The notes: generated by a model not told the origin, from the letters alone. DNA of 63,394 nucleotides, filler included, from Octopus bimaculoides (GCF_001194135.2; 12 parts of 9 records of this genome joined end to end with filler, not necessarily neighbours in it); one strand, 5' to 3'; shown: positions 48,505 to 62,946, numbered from the whole stretch's first letter. Numbers and translations are program-made.

Positions 48505-49120
48505 TATGCATGTAGTTATGTATGTTACATGTATATGTATATAGTTATATATATCTATACACACAACACATACACACACACACACACATACGTACATACA
48601 CACCCACACACATATAATCAAGTACTTAGTTAAAAATGTGAACAGACAAATCACGTATACGAATGGTCGGCAAGTAGGCAGTAGGCATGTATGTATGTAT
48701 GTATGTATGTATGTATGTATGCATGCATGTATGTATGTATGTATTATGTATGTATGTATGTATGTATGTATGTGCATGTTTATGTATGCATGTATGTGCA
48801 TGTGTATGTATGCATGCATGTATGTATGTGTATGTATGTATGTATGTGTATGTGTATGTGTATGTATGTATGAATGTATATATGTGTATGTGTATGTATA
48901 TATGTTTGTATATATGTATGTGTATATAGGTATGTAGGTATGTATATATGTATGTATGAATGTATGCATATATGTATGTATGCATGTATGTATGCATGTA
49001 TGTGCATATGTGTATGTATGTATATATATGCATGTATGTATGCATGTATGTATGTGCATATGTGTATGTATGTATGTATGTATGCATATATATATGTACG
49101 TACCTACGTACGTACGTAAG
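48505..49120. repeat. (TATG)n-rich degenerate microsatellite
   Basis: Seen directly. Confidence 0.95.
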
Positions 49121-50069
49121 CGTGTGTGTAGATAGGTAGGTCCGAAAATAGATACGGATAGAAAGAAAGAAGTATATGAGAGAGATATGTATGGTAAAAA
49201 CTGGGTAGGAAAGGATAATCAAAAAAAAAAAAGATAAAGAAAGAAAAACCTTACATAGAAGGAAGGACTTAAGAGAGACAAATAAACTTGAATAACTGGT
49301 TCGATAGATTAATAAATATACAATTAACACCTACACTCAAACCTGTTGCTTATTTAATGAGAAGGTGTCTTTTTTGTCTACATTACTTTCTTCTTTTTCT
49401 CCTTTTCTTTCTTTATTCTCTTCCCTGCTGCGCTTCTGTTTGCTTGCTCTCTCCTTTCTTTTCCATCTTCCTTTTTCTTTCTTTCTTTCTATCTTCCTCT
49501 GTCTTTTGTTTCTGTTCTTCCCCTCCTCCATCCCTCTATCTTTTATTTTTGTCCGTCTTATTTATTTATTTTTAATTTCATTGCATTCTTAGACAAAATA
49601 AAAATAAAAAACAAAATGTCAACAACGAAACAGAAAGAAGCATACAATAAAAATTAACAAACAATTAATAAAAAAAATACAACAGGCAAACGTAATAAAA
49701 AAACATAATGAAAATACAAAATTCGCTATTATAAAACTACAAAATGGCTGACATAATATCTTCATCATAACATCACAGGTCAAGATCGGAAAATACTTTC
49801 TTTATTGGACAGTATAGCGAATCTATATACGGAGCTAAGTCAATGTAAAAGAAATCAACTCCCCCTTTCTTTCTCACCCTCTTTCTTTCCCATTCTTTCT
49901 CATTGACTCTGTCTCTTTTTGTGCTATTGTTAGATATATGTTATTTATTGTTATTTATTATTGTTAGATATGTTATTTAAGTAGAACTATCGTATAATTT
50001 GCACGAAGAACGAACAAGAAATAGTATAAATGGTATAAAGGGATTCTGCCGTAGTTCATTTGCTTTTAC

Positions 50070-50270
50070 TAATGAACTACTGCAATGCAGCAACGGAGCA
50101 TTCAGCGACATTTCATCCGTCCCTACATTTCGAGTTCAAATTCCGCCGAGGTTGACTTTGTCTTTCCTTCCTTTCGCAGCCGTTGTATTAAGTACCAGTT
50201 GAGCACTGAGTCAATTTAATTGTTTAAACTCCCTTCCATAGAATCTCAGACCTTCTGCCTACAGTAAATA
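50070..50270 (+). mobile_element. SINE family C, diverged
   Basis: gagttcaaattccgccgaggttgacttt...taagtaccagtt. Confidence 0.65.
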
Positions 50271-50765
50271 GGCCTATTACACATTACCGCTCATGTCAAT
50301 CACCTATACCAGATATGGAAACCTTTTCCGTGGTGCCAGTCGCATGAGACATGGCTTATCATAAGGCCAGTCAGACGAGTAAGAAAATTCAAAGTAATTT
50401 TTTTTTTAGCGTGCCATTCAGAAAACCCTGGAGCTGCAATTTACCCGTTTCTGCTGTATATTACGATTCTTAATAGACACAATACTCAATTCGTAAAGAT
50501 GCTGCAAATGTCTGAATGTAGACAAATTTTAGAAAACACAAACGCTAGTTTGAAATACAAATGAAGAACAATCCAGCTGACGAAACTCAAACAAGGGGTC
50601 TGCTTATATTCTCTGACACGAATTACTGCGTATCATTTTGTAAAATTCATAAGGGCCTGTGTGTTTTACAAGAGTGAACTGGAAATTATTGATGCTCATC
50701 ATTTTTTATCAGGCATTTTGGAAAATGGTTTCCAGCCTGGAAGAACCTGAAGAACNNNNNNNNNN

Positions 50766-50800
<35 letters not shown>

Positions 50801-51130
50801 ATTGATAAACGAATGGCAAAAAAACGAGAGAGATAACATGACTTTCATTGGCTGACAGCTGTTTCTACTACAAGTAAGGGTGCACGCTGGGATGAGTGTC
50901 TGTGCGATATCTTATAGCTTTTCAGAGCCATTTGAATGACATGTTTTTTTTACTGAGAAAAACATCTAAACATATACATGCATATGTGTATGTATAGACA
51001 CATATATGTGCACTTTTTCCCTCTTTCGTTCTCTTTCACTCTTCAAACGAGCGCGCACACACACACACACTTATACACACAAACACACACAAACACACAN
51101 NNNNNNNNNACACACACATATATATGCATG

Positions 51131-51162
<32 letters not shown>

Positions 51163-51196
51163 AACACACACATTTATATACATGTGTACATGTGTG

Positions 51197-51229
<33 letters not shown>

Positions 51230-51334
51230 AAGTGTGTGTGTGTGAGTGGATGTATATATATATCACCTATAAGATTTCAGTGGAAAACATCATCTCTCAG
51301 AAGAGGGTTTATATTCTTGCCCACACACAATGCA

Positions 51335-51630
51335 CTAGAGAGAAAAAACAACAACATAGAATTGAACAAGAATTAATTAACAAAGGATATTCTAATAAAC
51401 TAGTAGAAAGAGCTGTAGAAGAATACATACATATCTGCAATACAAGGAGTATATAATACATTATAAGTATACAAAATGAACACATAAAATTTACATGAAT
51501 CAAATGCATAAAACCTTCCGAATAGACCAATGAATAACGGAAACCCCCGTAAAACTGGAAACAAAATGCATCACACCCAACCATAAATTCATAGCATACG
51601 ACAAAAACACTAAAGTTAGAAGCCTCCTCA
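51335..51630 (+). mobile_element. Penelope-like element fragment
   Basis: RIEQELINKGYSNKLVERAV (RT C-terminal pattern); nucleotide similarity to 41080-41560. Confidence 0.6.
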
Positions 51631-52083
51631 AGATATGAGGTGTGTCGAAGTGAATGGGGTCAGAAGAAGAGAAAGTGTAGGTGGCTAGAGGTTACTTAAG
51701 GAAAAGTGAGAGATGGGCAGAGATATAGAATCAGTGAGAGAGTGAATATTAGGAAAAAGCATTGAGAGATGATGATTAGGAAAGTCATGGAAGAGGGGAG
51801 AGTAGGTGACAGCTGTAGAAATTGGATAGAGTCAGTAAGTGACTAATGATGCAGGGTAGAGGAGATGACTGTCAGTGCAGAAAAGAGGGTGGATGGTGAA
51901 GAGCGGAAAAGTGTAGCAATAATAATAATAATGATACATTAGACAGGGGAAGAAAGCAAAGGGATGCGCGAAAGGGAGAGAAGATTATATGCGATAGGGT
52001 CGGCTGTAACAGTGTAGAACAGACAATGAATAGAGGAGTGGGAGTCGTACGGTGGTGGCGTGAGATAATTTAGTGGACCGGAG

Positions 52084-52170
52084 GGAATTTGAACTCAGAA
52101 CTTAAAGACAGACGAAATTCTGCTAAGCATTTCGCCCGGCGGGCTAACGTTTCTGCCAGCTCGCCGCCTT
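52084..52170 (-). mobile_element. SINE family C head
   Basis: Matches 62030-62115. Confidence 0.7.
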
Positions 52171-52689
52171 GCAACATGAATTAATTAATAAATCAGTCAG
52201 TGAATTTAGGATTATTTGAAATGTAAGTTAAACCTTACGAAGATTTGACTTTAGCTATCACAATTTAGCGTTGCTGTGAAAAGTAAACGATGTGGTTAGA
52301 CGGCAAGTTTTCTTCTCCGTGGCCGTAAAAATATCTGTATATTTACAAATATACGCACAACACACACGCAAACATAAGAAAAAATGCGTATGTACGCGTA
52401 TACATGTATGCAAGTGTGTATCTCTATGTAGGTGTATATGTATGTGTGTGTATGTGTATAAATACGTGTGTGTGTGTGTGTGTGTGCGTGTGTGTATAAA
52501 TGTGCATGAGTGTAGGAATACTCTGTGTTACGGAAGTATTGCGTTCACGAAAAGTTTGCTTGAAATTAATTTTCCCAGTGATAATGCGTTCAGACAATAA
52601 TTCTCCAGAAGACAAAAAACAAAAAACAAAAAAAAAAACACCACGACCATATTTTATGCATGAAAATAACAATTCGTAAGTATACACAA

Positions 52690-53260
52690 TATAATATGCT
52701 ACATAAAAACATATGAGATGAAATCCGTTACGTAATAAATACGAATCGTAATATCGTAATAGGGTATGCTCTTACCACAAAAGATGTCGACTAGAGTGTG
52801 TGAGGTATTACTGAAATAAGGGAGGACGGAGGTCATATCTTCTATCTCATAGTTCATCATCATTAACATCTACTTAAGGAGTGAAGAAGTTATCTAAAAT
52901 CGTTTGATGTTTATGGCGCGTCATCTCTTTGTACAGCTGAGAGCAGGAACTGAGTTCATAGTAAACTCCTCTTGTAACTTTTATGTTGTGTTCACAATTA
53001 GGGTTGCTGTCAGTAAAATATTTCTGACCTTTCTTTATAAGTACCAACCTTTTAGCAGTATTCTTTGCCGTTAATTGAAGTGGAATTTCAGGAATTTCCT
53101 TTTTCTTATCGGCAGTTTTAGCTTGCTCATCTTTTAAGAGCATCAGATTCTCGTTAAATAATCTTTTGCTATCGGACACAAACAACTCAACCACGCCATC
53201 CTCCCACCCCATGGCGTCTTCTAACCCTACATCATTTGTAAGCTCCATCTGAGACAACAA
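52690..53260 (-). pseudogene. pogo/Tigger transposase C-terminal fossil
   Basis: ORF 52874-53260: EDGVVELF...LTAKN...FTDSNPNCEHNIKV...QTILDNFF matches the Tigger C-terminal pattern. Confidence 0.7.
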
Positions 53261-53269
53261 ATCTATCTG

Positions 53270-54330
53270 ACTTCAAAGATGCTGACGAAAGAAGATACTG
53301 ATGAATGCTGCAACAGAGTTTCTCAGATTTATCTAAACATGTCAACGCGATTGGTTTCATGAAAACAAGCCTGAAATTACGACACTCATCAACGAGAAAA
53401 GACAATCTTGACTGGCTTTAGATAATGAATAATCTTCAATTACCAAAAAGGTGAGATAAAAAAAAAAAACCGTCAAATTTAGAGTTTAAATCAAGATCCA
53501 CAAAATCCAAAACAACTGGTGGATTTCGAAAGCAGTAGAGATGCAACTTTATTCATGTCAAAGACATAAGTAACAACATCACTTATAATTCTCTTTCGTC
53601 ACCTGTGACTCTTGTTGTTGTTGGCACTCCGTCGCTTACGACGTCGAGGGTTCCAGTTGATCCGATCAACAGAACAGCCTGCTCGTCAAATTAACGTGCA
53701 AGTGGTTGAGCACTTCACAGACACGTGTACCCTTAACGTAGTTCTCGGGGATATTCAGCGTGACACAGTGTGACAAGGCTGACCCTTTGAATTACAGGCA
53801 CAACAGAAACAGGAAGTAAGAGTGAGGGAAAGTTGTGGTGAAAGAGTACAGCAGGGTTCGCCACCATCCCCTACCGGAGCCTCGTGGAGCTTTAGGTGTT
53901 TTCGCTCAATAAACACTCTGGGAATCGAAACCGCGATCCTATGACCACGAATCCGCTGCCCTAACCACTGGGCCATTGCGCCTCCACATCTGTGACTCTA
54001 ATCGTGTCATTAAATGATTCAACAGTTTTAAAAGATGAACTTCCTATCCTTGGTTGTTGGACAGAATATTTCGAACACTTCCGAATCGCATAACATCAAC
54101 CATATTCCTCAATTTCTCTTTCATCTTGTGATTTATTCCCTACCCCTCAAATGTAATTGCGGTTCAAGCAGCCATTGGAAAAATAAAGAATAATAACCCT
54201 CCAAGATCAGAAAACATTTCAGCAAAAATTTTCAAGAATGGTGAGTGGACAATTGCTGATTAGCATCATCTCTTTTGCATTTGAGAGAAACAAGTCCCAT
54301 CTGACTTCAAAGGTATCCTATTCTTGGCAA
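53270..54330 (+). mobile_element. RTE-clade LINE fossil split by a family A SINE
   Basis: RDWFHENKPEITTLINEKR (about 53347) and WTEYFEH...AAIGKIKNNNPPRSENISAKIFKNG...VPSDFK (about 54058-54310). Confidence 0.65.
53613..53986 (-). mobile_element. SINE family A with a small internal deletion, inserted into an RTE fossil
   Basis: TSD CA(C/T)CTGTGACTCT at 53600-53612 and 53987-53999; lacks the CACAACGCCCGGT segment of other copies. Confidence 0.87.
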
Positions 54331-54501
54331 TGTGCAATATTAGAAAGCAAAGTTAACAATCCAAGAGGAGGGGAATGTTGATTACTATCAATTTGATGGC
54401 TCTTTACAAGGCGAGTGATGTTTCTTTCGTATGAGAGCGACTGCAGACAAATTCAAAGATGTGTGTGTGTGTGTGTGTGTGTGTGCACTCACATGCAAGA
54501 G

Positions 54502-54568
<67 letters not shown>

Positions 54569-54790
54569 NNNNNNNNNNNNNNNNNNNNNNNNNNNNNNNN
54601 NNNNNNNNNNNNNNNNNNNNNNNNNNNNNNNNNNNNNNNNNNNNNNNNNNNNNNNNNNNNNNNNNNNNNNNNNNNNNNNNNNNNNNNNNNNNNNNNNNNN
54701 NNNNNNNNNNNNNNNNNNNNNNNNNNNNNNNNNNNNNNNNNNNNNNNNNNNNNNNNNNNNNNNNNNNNNNNNNNNNNNNNNNNNNNNNNN

Positions 54791-54845
<55 letters not shown>

Positions 54846-54932
54846 CGGGCTTCTTTCATTTTCCGCCTACTAGATCCATTCATAAGGCCTTGGTCGGACC
54901 GAGGTTATAGCAGAAGACACTTGCCTAAGGTG
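54791..54932 (-). mobile_element. SINE family B, 5' half with (CA)n
   Basis: cgacgggcttctttca...ttggtcgg...gaagacacttgcc, the reverse complement of the 8336 copy. Confidence 0.72.
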
Positions 54933-56323
54933 AAAGATAAACACATATGTACATATACATACATGCATATACAAATATATTTATATTGAGCATAACAGAT
55001 TAATGTATGCAGACATATGTGATCTCCAATATTACGTTCGTTAAAATAACACTTTTACGAGTGAATAATTATAACTACCTGTAAATCATTGTATTCAAAA
55101 TCGATGTGGATGGAATATATAAGTAACATTTCTGCTACTAATTATCTGTGAAAAAGAAGAAATAAAGTAAAGAAGGAAGGTAAAAGGAGAATAAGTTGGT
55201 GTGTTTGATAAAAGAGAATAATAAGATAACGACGTAACAGATCAAATATTTATATTTATTGTTGTTTCACTGAGACAAGTTTCTAAACCAGTTCAGTGGG
55301 TTTGTATGTCAGTCATGTTAAATACACAGTATCGGACATTTAGGAGAGAGAGAGAAAGAGAGAGAGAGAAAGAGAAATTCAGTCATTTTCTTTTTATTTC
55401 ACTCTCACTTTAATCTCTCTCCTTTCTCTCTTCTCTCTGTTACATTATTACATTTTATCAATTCTGGAGTGTTGATAGGTGAAATAAATATTAAAAGAAA
55501 TAGACGAAATTAAATAGAGCCAAGAATTTTGTCTACACCACTGTCTCAGCTCTCTCCATTGCTTTGATTCAATAATTGAAAAAGAAAGATTACAAAAAAA
55601 TTCCGTTCTATATTTTTGAGATCAGGAATTTTATATCATATATTAGTCGAATGGTGAACCCCACTCCGACTAATACATATAAAAATTCAGTTTAGCATTC
55701 AGTCTCATTATCATATATTTACTATTGCTCGTGGCGTCAAGTCTAACACGTTATCTGTCATTTGCCATTTTGATCGTTTTCGTGAAGTTAACGACATTTT
55801 TTATTTGTTCTGATTGTATCACACCAATCGGTCGTATAGTCGGTCAAAAGACTAAGCGTAATCTACAGACTCATTATTCCAGATATATTAGACTTCTTTC
55901 AAGTCAGGGATCACATTACACTGTCCGACGTACAATTGTTTAATGGAGTGTGAGAGTGTGTGCATTTTACATTTTCCCTATGTTTTTTACTGTGCTCTAA
56001 TACTTTCCAGTGTTGCCAACAAAAAAAGCGTGCTAGCAAAGTTGTGCAATTGTTGTTCCTGAGCTTATCTCTCTGGTAGTGTTGCATCCTAACGCAGTGT
56101 TGCGATAATAAGGTCATTGATGTTTCTGATATTTGCATTTTTTTTTCAATTTTTACTTTATGTAGGAAGTAGAGTGTTCTTAAGATAGCATTGCAATAGT
56201 TCATTGAATATACATCTGAGAATGTCAGGGTATAAACTTTCCACAATGCCAAAACAGCAAACTGTACGAACACATGTCTCGGTGATTCTCCGTCTGATTT
56301 CTTGTGTAGGTGGTCTCTCTCGT

Positions 56324-56380
<57 letters not shown>

Positions 56381-57194
56381 NNNNNNNNNNNNNNNNNNNN
56401 NNNNNNNNNNNNNNNNNNNNNNNNNNNNNNNNNNNNNNNNNNNNNNNNNNNNNNNNNNNNNNNNNNNNNNNNNNNNNNNNNNNNNNNNNNNNNNNNNNNN
56501 NNNNNNNNNNNNNNNNNNNNNNNNNNNNNNNNNNNNNNNNNNNNNNNNNNNNNNNNNNNNNNNNNNNNNNNNNNNNNNNNNNNNNNNNNNNNNNNNNNNN
56601 NNNNNNNNNNNNNNNNNNNNNNNNNNNNNNNNNNNNNNNNNNNNNNNNNNNNNNNNNNNNNNNNNNNNNNNNNNNNNNNNNNNNNNNNNNNNNNNNNNNN
56701 NNNNNNNNNNNNNNNNNNNNNNNNNNNNNNNNNNNNNNNNNNNNNNNNNNNNNNNNNNNNNNNNNNNNNNNNNNNNNNNNNNNNNNNNNNNNNNNNAATT
56801 CTTTTTTTTCTGCCGGCAAATTTTTCTGCTTTTAAAAAAGGATTTTATCCTGTATATATATATACTGGTCAGTATTTACGCGTTAAATAAAATTTATATT
56901 TCTACTTGTTCTACAATATAATCATAAATATATAGGGATTAGCTTGAGTTGCTTCTCCAACATACTGAAAATTTAGAAATAGCAGTCAAAGAACTACTGA
57001 TTCCAAACTACTGATTCCCTGCCCTATATCTGTATGTTCTACAATATATATATATAGTTGAAAAATAATTATAGGTATAAAAATATCATAAACAATTATA
57101 GAAAAATGGAGGAGAAAAAGACGTTGAATCAAAATTAGATTTAATACAAAATAGGATTCAATACATACGCACGTTTCAAAAGACAATACAAATA

Positions 57195-57686
57195 TGTAAG
57201 ATGTGGCTTCCTTCTTCTTGCTCTGCCATGGTAACTAATTTTGTGGAGATACCTGACAGCTGTTATGGGACTGACATCAACTTGCTCTGCTATGTCAGAG
57301 GTCTTGCAGCGAGGATTATCCTCCACTCTTCTCTTAGCAAAGGGAAGGGTCCAGTCAGAGGGCCCTGGTTGATCTGGACAAAGTGATATGGACTCCTTCC
57401 TCTCTCTGATGGATTGCACAATCACTCTCTTAACTGTAGTAAACGGGATCTCAAGGTCTTCTGCGATTTTACGCTGACTATATCCACCTTCAGAATGACC
57501 CACAATATGGCCTCTTTGAAATTTAGACAGTACCAAGGCTTCTTTTGTACATAGCATGACTAAATAGTCAAATATAGAATATGAAACATAAAAATGTCAA
57601 TTAATAAAAATTATAAACCATTACAAGTTAGAATAAGCAAAAATCGATGTTTTATGGGGTGTCTATTTAATTCTAACATGTGTGTG
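57195..57686 (-). pseudogene. Tc1-like transposon 5' fragment (paired HTH region; no DDE domain seen)
   Basis: LSKFQRGHIVG...YSQRKIAEDLEIPFTTVKRVI...VSPITAVRYLH...GRARRRKPHL; TIR-like ttagaattaaatagacaccc near 57660-57680. Confidence 0.75.
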
Positions 57687-57717
57687 TATATGTATGTATA
57701 AATACATGCACACGCAA

Positions 57718-57772
<55 letters not shown>

Positions 57773-58544
57773 NNNNNNNNNNNNNNNNNNNNNNNNNNNN
57801 NNNNNNNNNNNNNNNNNNNNNNNNNNNNNNNNNNNNNNNNNNNNNNNNNNNNNNNNNNNNNNNNNNNNNNNNNNNNNNNNNNNNNNNNNNNNNNNNNNNN
57901 NNNNNNNNNNNNNNNNNNNNNNNNNNNNNNNNNNNNNNNNNNNNNNNNNNNNNNNNNNNNNNNNNNNNNNNNNNNNNNNNNNNNNNNNNNNNNNNNNNNN
58001 NNNNNNNNNNNNNNNNNNNNNNNNNNNNNNNNNNNNNNNNNNNNNNNNNNNNNNNNNNNNNNNNNNNNNNNNNNNNNNNNNNNNNNNNNNNNNNNNNNNN
58101 NNNNNNNNNNNNNNNNNNNNNNNNNNNNNNNNNNNNNNNNNNNNNNNNNNNNNNNNNNNNNNNNNNNNNNNNNNNNNNNNNNNNNNNNNNNNNNNNNNNN
58201 NNNNNNNNNNNNNNNNNNNNNNNNNNNNNNNNNNNNNNNNNNNNNNNNNNNNNNNNNNNNNNNNNNNNNNNNNNNNNNNNNNNNNNNNNNNNNNNNNNNN
58301 NNNNNNNNNNNNNNNNNNNNNNNNNNNNNNNNNNNNNNNNNNNNNNNNNNNNNNNNNNNNNNNNNNNNNNNNNNNNNNNNNNNNNNNNNNNNNNNNNNNN
58401 NNNNNNNNNNNNNNNNNNNNNNNNNNNNNNNNNNNNNNNNNNNNNNNNNNNNNNNNNNNNNNNNNNNNNNNNNNNNNNNNNNNNNNNNNNNNNNNNNNNN
58501 NNNNNNNNNNNNNNNNNNNNNNNNNNNNNNNNNNNNNNNNNNTA

Positions 58545-58608
<64 letters not shown>

Positions 58609-59479
58609 TGTATCTATATATAGGTGTGTCTGTCTGTCTGTATGTATGTATGTATATAAGTATGTATGTGTGTCTGTGCATTAGATATAGGTATATATGG
58701 TCTTTGTTTCAGTAATCTAACGTGTATTTTGGCCGTCCCATTCCTTAAAGGTTACATACTTTCGATTACAGTAAACACACGTATATAAACTGGCTGCTCT
58801 TTGCAGTCCACACGCCCAGCAACCTCACGATACGTCGCTGCTAAGTCTAAGTAGCGCGCGCGGCATCTGACGCCATTTTGTGTTCTTTGTTAGGCAGACA
58901 TTAGGAAGCGGGAATCTATGGCAGTTCTTAAGTTTGTACGTGTCACACTGAAACTATTAATTTACGTCAGTTCCCCCAGTATGCATAGTATACTTAGGTG
59001 AATAACTAACTCGAACAATGGATGTGGTAAGCTTGTAGTTAAAAAAAAATGTACCAGTTTTGCTTCAACTAACTGGAGCCGGTTGAAGACTAGTATAATA
59101 CTTCCATTGCGTTGGTGAATTGTGTGCACAGGGTCTTAGGGCACGTTACGGCTGAAAGAAATAATGGGACTTTCACATATACATGCACATATACACACCC
59201 ACCCATGTATGTGTGTGTGCAGGATTCCTTTTCTCTTTTTGTTGCTTTCTCTTCTGTTTCTGTTTCTCCTCTTTCCGCTTTATCTCATCTCTCTTTCACG
59301 ACAGAAATCCTGTATATACATATATGCAATTTCCGCTACTTCATTCAGTCGTAAATTGCTTGAAGACTCTGTACACCTACAGGCGAAACGCAGTGTAGCA
59401 AGATCAAAATAACAAATATTATCAATTTTTAAAGTATCGAGTACTCTTTCTTCCGACACTCAGTATTGAAAGGATGGAC

Positions 59480-59522
<43 letters not shown>

Positions 59523-59689
59523 CGTGTGTGTGTGTGCGCGTGTGTGTGTGTCTGTCTGTCTGTGTGCACGAACATGAAACTACTTGTCTAAGTATTAATC
59601 TTTCTTTCCCCTCTACTTGCTTTTTCCTCTAAGCAGTTCTGACAGCGAAAGCTGATTAGGTCATTTTATCTAAACTGGAACATGATTTC

Positions 59690-59875
59690 CATGCACATAT
59701 TTGAAATTTTTGGGCGTTTCTATACTATAATTTGCTTTAATCATTCCTGAACTTGATGAGCATATAATAAGAAGCCAGCCGACACAAAAAGTCTCTAGTG
59801 AGACTTCTTTATCAACGTATATGAAGAGACCTAGACTGATGGATCGAAACATATGTTGTACCTAATAAAAGTCTA
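59690..59875 (+). mobile_element. Penelope-like terminal relic with a degenerate hammerhead
   Basis: (A)TGAAGAG-ACC...GG(A)TC-GAAACATATGTT followed by AATAAA. Confidence 0.4.
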
Positions 59876-60164
59876 ATACGAAATCTATCCCCTACTATTA
59901 ATTAATACTCTTACCCTAACTGCCACTGTGGAGTTCCTGATGCAGATCCAACGGAAGTGTAGCACAACTGCGGATGACAACAGGTAGGCTAAACTGAGCT
60001 GGTGCTCTACTCAACATTTAAACACACTAATCGAATTATACATATTTGTCCAAATGATTTATTANNNNNNNNNNNNNNNNNNNNNNNNNNNNNNNNNNNN
60101 NNNNNNNNTTAATTAATTAANNNNNNNNNNNNNNNNNNNNNNNNNNNNNNNNNNNNNNNNNNNN

Positions 60165-60210
<46 letters not shown>

Positions 60211-60709
60211 TATATAGACACATGAATGAGTGAATGCCTGAGCTTATAAACGGAGAGAAACGTAGTTAGTGCATAATATATATATATATATTATATTGAA
60301 ATATATTGAAATATATTTAATGTTGAAACATCTTGCACTGTTATTCTGAGTTTTATGATTGTTTAAGCGATTAAAGTAGAGTATATGCGGGTTTATATAT
60401 AATCAAAAATATTTGCAACCACATCGAAATATGCTAAGCAATAATACATCGAGATTTGATTAGTTAACGAAAGACTGTTATAAAATGCGTCGCATAATCA
60501 TCTCTTTGTTACCGTGCTCATAACACAGGTTATTTTAATCTATTCGCATATGAAGATACTTGCTATATCCACATATATCTTCAGTAATGATATTCTTTAC
60601 TGCGTGTGTGCACAAGAAGCGGTTCTTGTAAATGAACTTTTAGAATGATAAATGAATGCTTCTTTTCGCTTTTGTAAAACATATGACCATTTTTACGGAA
60701 ATGAAGAAT

Positions 60710-60753
<44 letters not shown>

Positions 60754-60777
60754 GCTACTATTGCTGCTGCTACTACA

Positions 60778-60836
<59 letters not shown>

Positions 60837-61539
60837 CTCCACATTCCCACCTCCACACCACCACATCCCAACCACCTCAACCACCACAACAATGAGATCA
60901 GATTTACTGTTGATAATAACAGCAGTAATAATCACGACAATAACTTGTGTAATACCAACAGTAACAAAGTAACACATCTACATCAACAGACATGGGACGT
61001 GGGAATAACGACTGTAATAACAAGAATAATAACAGCGGCAATAGCAACAGAAAAGCAGTTAAAGTTGTGAAGCTTCAGGTCAACCTTGATAGTGCTAACA
61101 GACATATGGTGACAGTCTTTTCAAACATGACCATAGAGTCTATTCTAATAAGACGCTAGGGGATAGTTTGAGGGAGATTTGACTTCTATTTTGAGCAGGT
61201 AGAGTAGCTGTGCAGATACTCCCCATTTCCTCCCAAAAGATATGGATAGAAATATCAGCAGTAATAACAAATGGAATAACAGCAGCAACAACAGCTACAT
61301 AAACATAGAAATGTCGACAATAATGAAATGGTTTCTAAATTTAGGCGCAAGGCCAGCAATTTTGACTGTGAGTGAGGTCAGTGGGTATCATCGAACTCAG
61401 GATTCGACTGGAACTTTATTTTATTGATTCAAGAGAGATGAAAACAAAGTTGATCTCAGTGAGATTTGAACTCAGATCATAAAAAAGCTGGAAGAAATAC
61501 GACAACGCACTAATGATTCTGTCAACCCAGCGTCCTGTT

Positions 61540-62400
61540 GATAGAAATAACAATGACAGTATTAAATGACAGCTGTAACGACAGTAGTGCTAACAGCGAC
61601 GCTGATAGCAACAGCGATAGCAGCATAAATGACTGGTGTAATAATGGTAAAAGTCGTTACAATAATATACTTAACAGTAGCAATAAGAACATCAATAATA
61701 ACAGTAATGATAACAATAATAACAGCGTGAATAGCAGTAGTAATAACAACGTCAATAATAGCAGTAATAATAACACCGGTAAGAGAAGTAAAAAGAACTG
61801 CAAAATAGTAGTAACAACAACAACAACGACCAATAGCGACGTTAATGACAACAGTAATAACAGCAGCAACAATAACATGAATGTTTGTAGTAATAATATC
61901 CTTTTCCTACTCTAGGCACAAGGCCCGAAATTTTGGGGGAGGGGGGCCAGTCGATTAGATCGACTCCAGTACGCAACTAGTACTTAATTTATCGACCCCG
62001 AAAGGATGAAAGGCAAAGTCGACCTCGGCGGAATTTGAACTCAGAACGCAGTGGCAGACGAAATACCGCTAAGCATTTCGCCCGGCGTGCTAACGTTTCT
62101 GCCAGCTCACCGCCTTTCGTAGTAATAATATCAAAGTGGCAATAACAGTGGTAATAACAACTGCAGTAACAATAGTGATAGCAAGAGCTTTAGCAAATGT
62201 AATAACGATAAGAAAAGTAATAACGTCAATATTATTTATAGAAATAACATATATGGAAATAACAGCAATAACAACAGTGGTAATAACAGTAATAACAGTA
62301 ATAACAACAATAATATCCAAAAGCAACTATACTAATACACACGGCAGAAAATCAACAGTAACTATAAACATTATGTTAATTAATGACTATGACAATAACC
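61540..62400. repeat. Cryptic AAT/AAC/AGC trinucleotide low-complexity tract, interrupted by a family C SINE
   Basis: Seen directly. Confidence 0.85.
61898..62115 (-). mobile_element. SINE family C, full length, least diverged copy
   Basis: Minus strand reads ggcggtgagctggcagaaacgttagc...gagttcaaattccgccgaggtcgactttgcctttcatcctttcggggtcgataaattaagtac...gccttgtgcctagag. The core recalls Meta-domain-type SINEs (from memory, unverified). Confidence 0.85.
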
Positions 62401-62572
62401 ACGACGATGACTATGGAAGGATGCATTGCACAAGGGAACCAGTTGTCTCTATTCAGGTGTTGCTATTGTATGTTAGTTGGTTAAACAAGACATTCCCATA
62501 ATATCCAGGTACGTGCAAGATCTGCAAACTACTTTCTATAAATTATTGTTTTCACGTTTTTCTCTCCCACTT

Positions 62573-62651
<79 letters not shown>

Positions 62652-62879
62652 ATCGATCTGTCTGTTTCTCTCGCACTCTACGTGCGCGCGGGTCCTTCCC
62701 ACAAACTATCTACATATCTAACTTTCGGTATAACTACCGACTTGCTTATGTACATATGCATGCATGCAGGCATGTATGTATGTATGTATGTATGTATGTA
62801 TGTATGTATGTATGTATGTATGTATGTATGTATCTACCAATCTATCTGAAATAGCCTTTGAATATATATATGTGTATTG

Positions 62880-62946
<67 letters not shown>

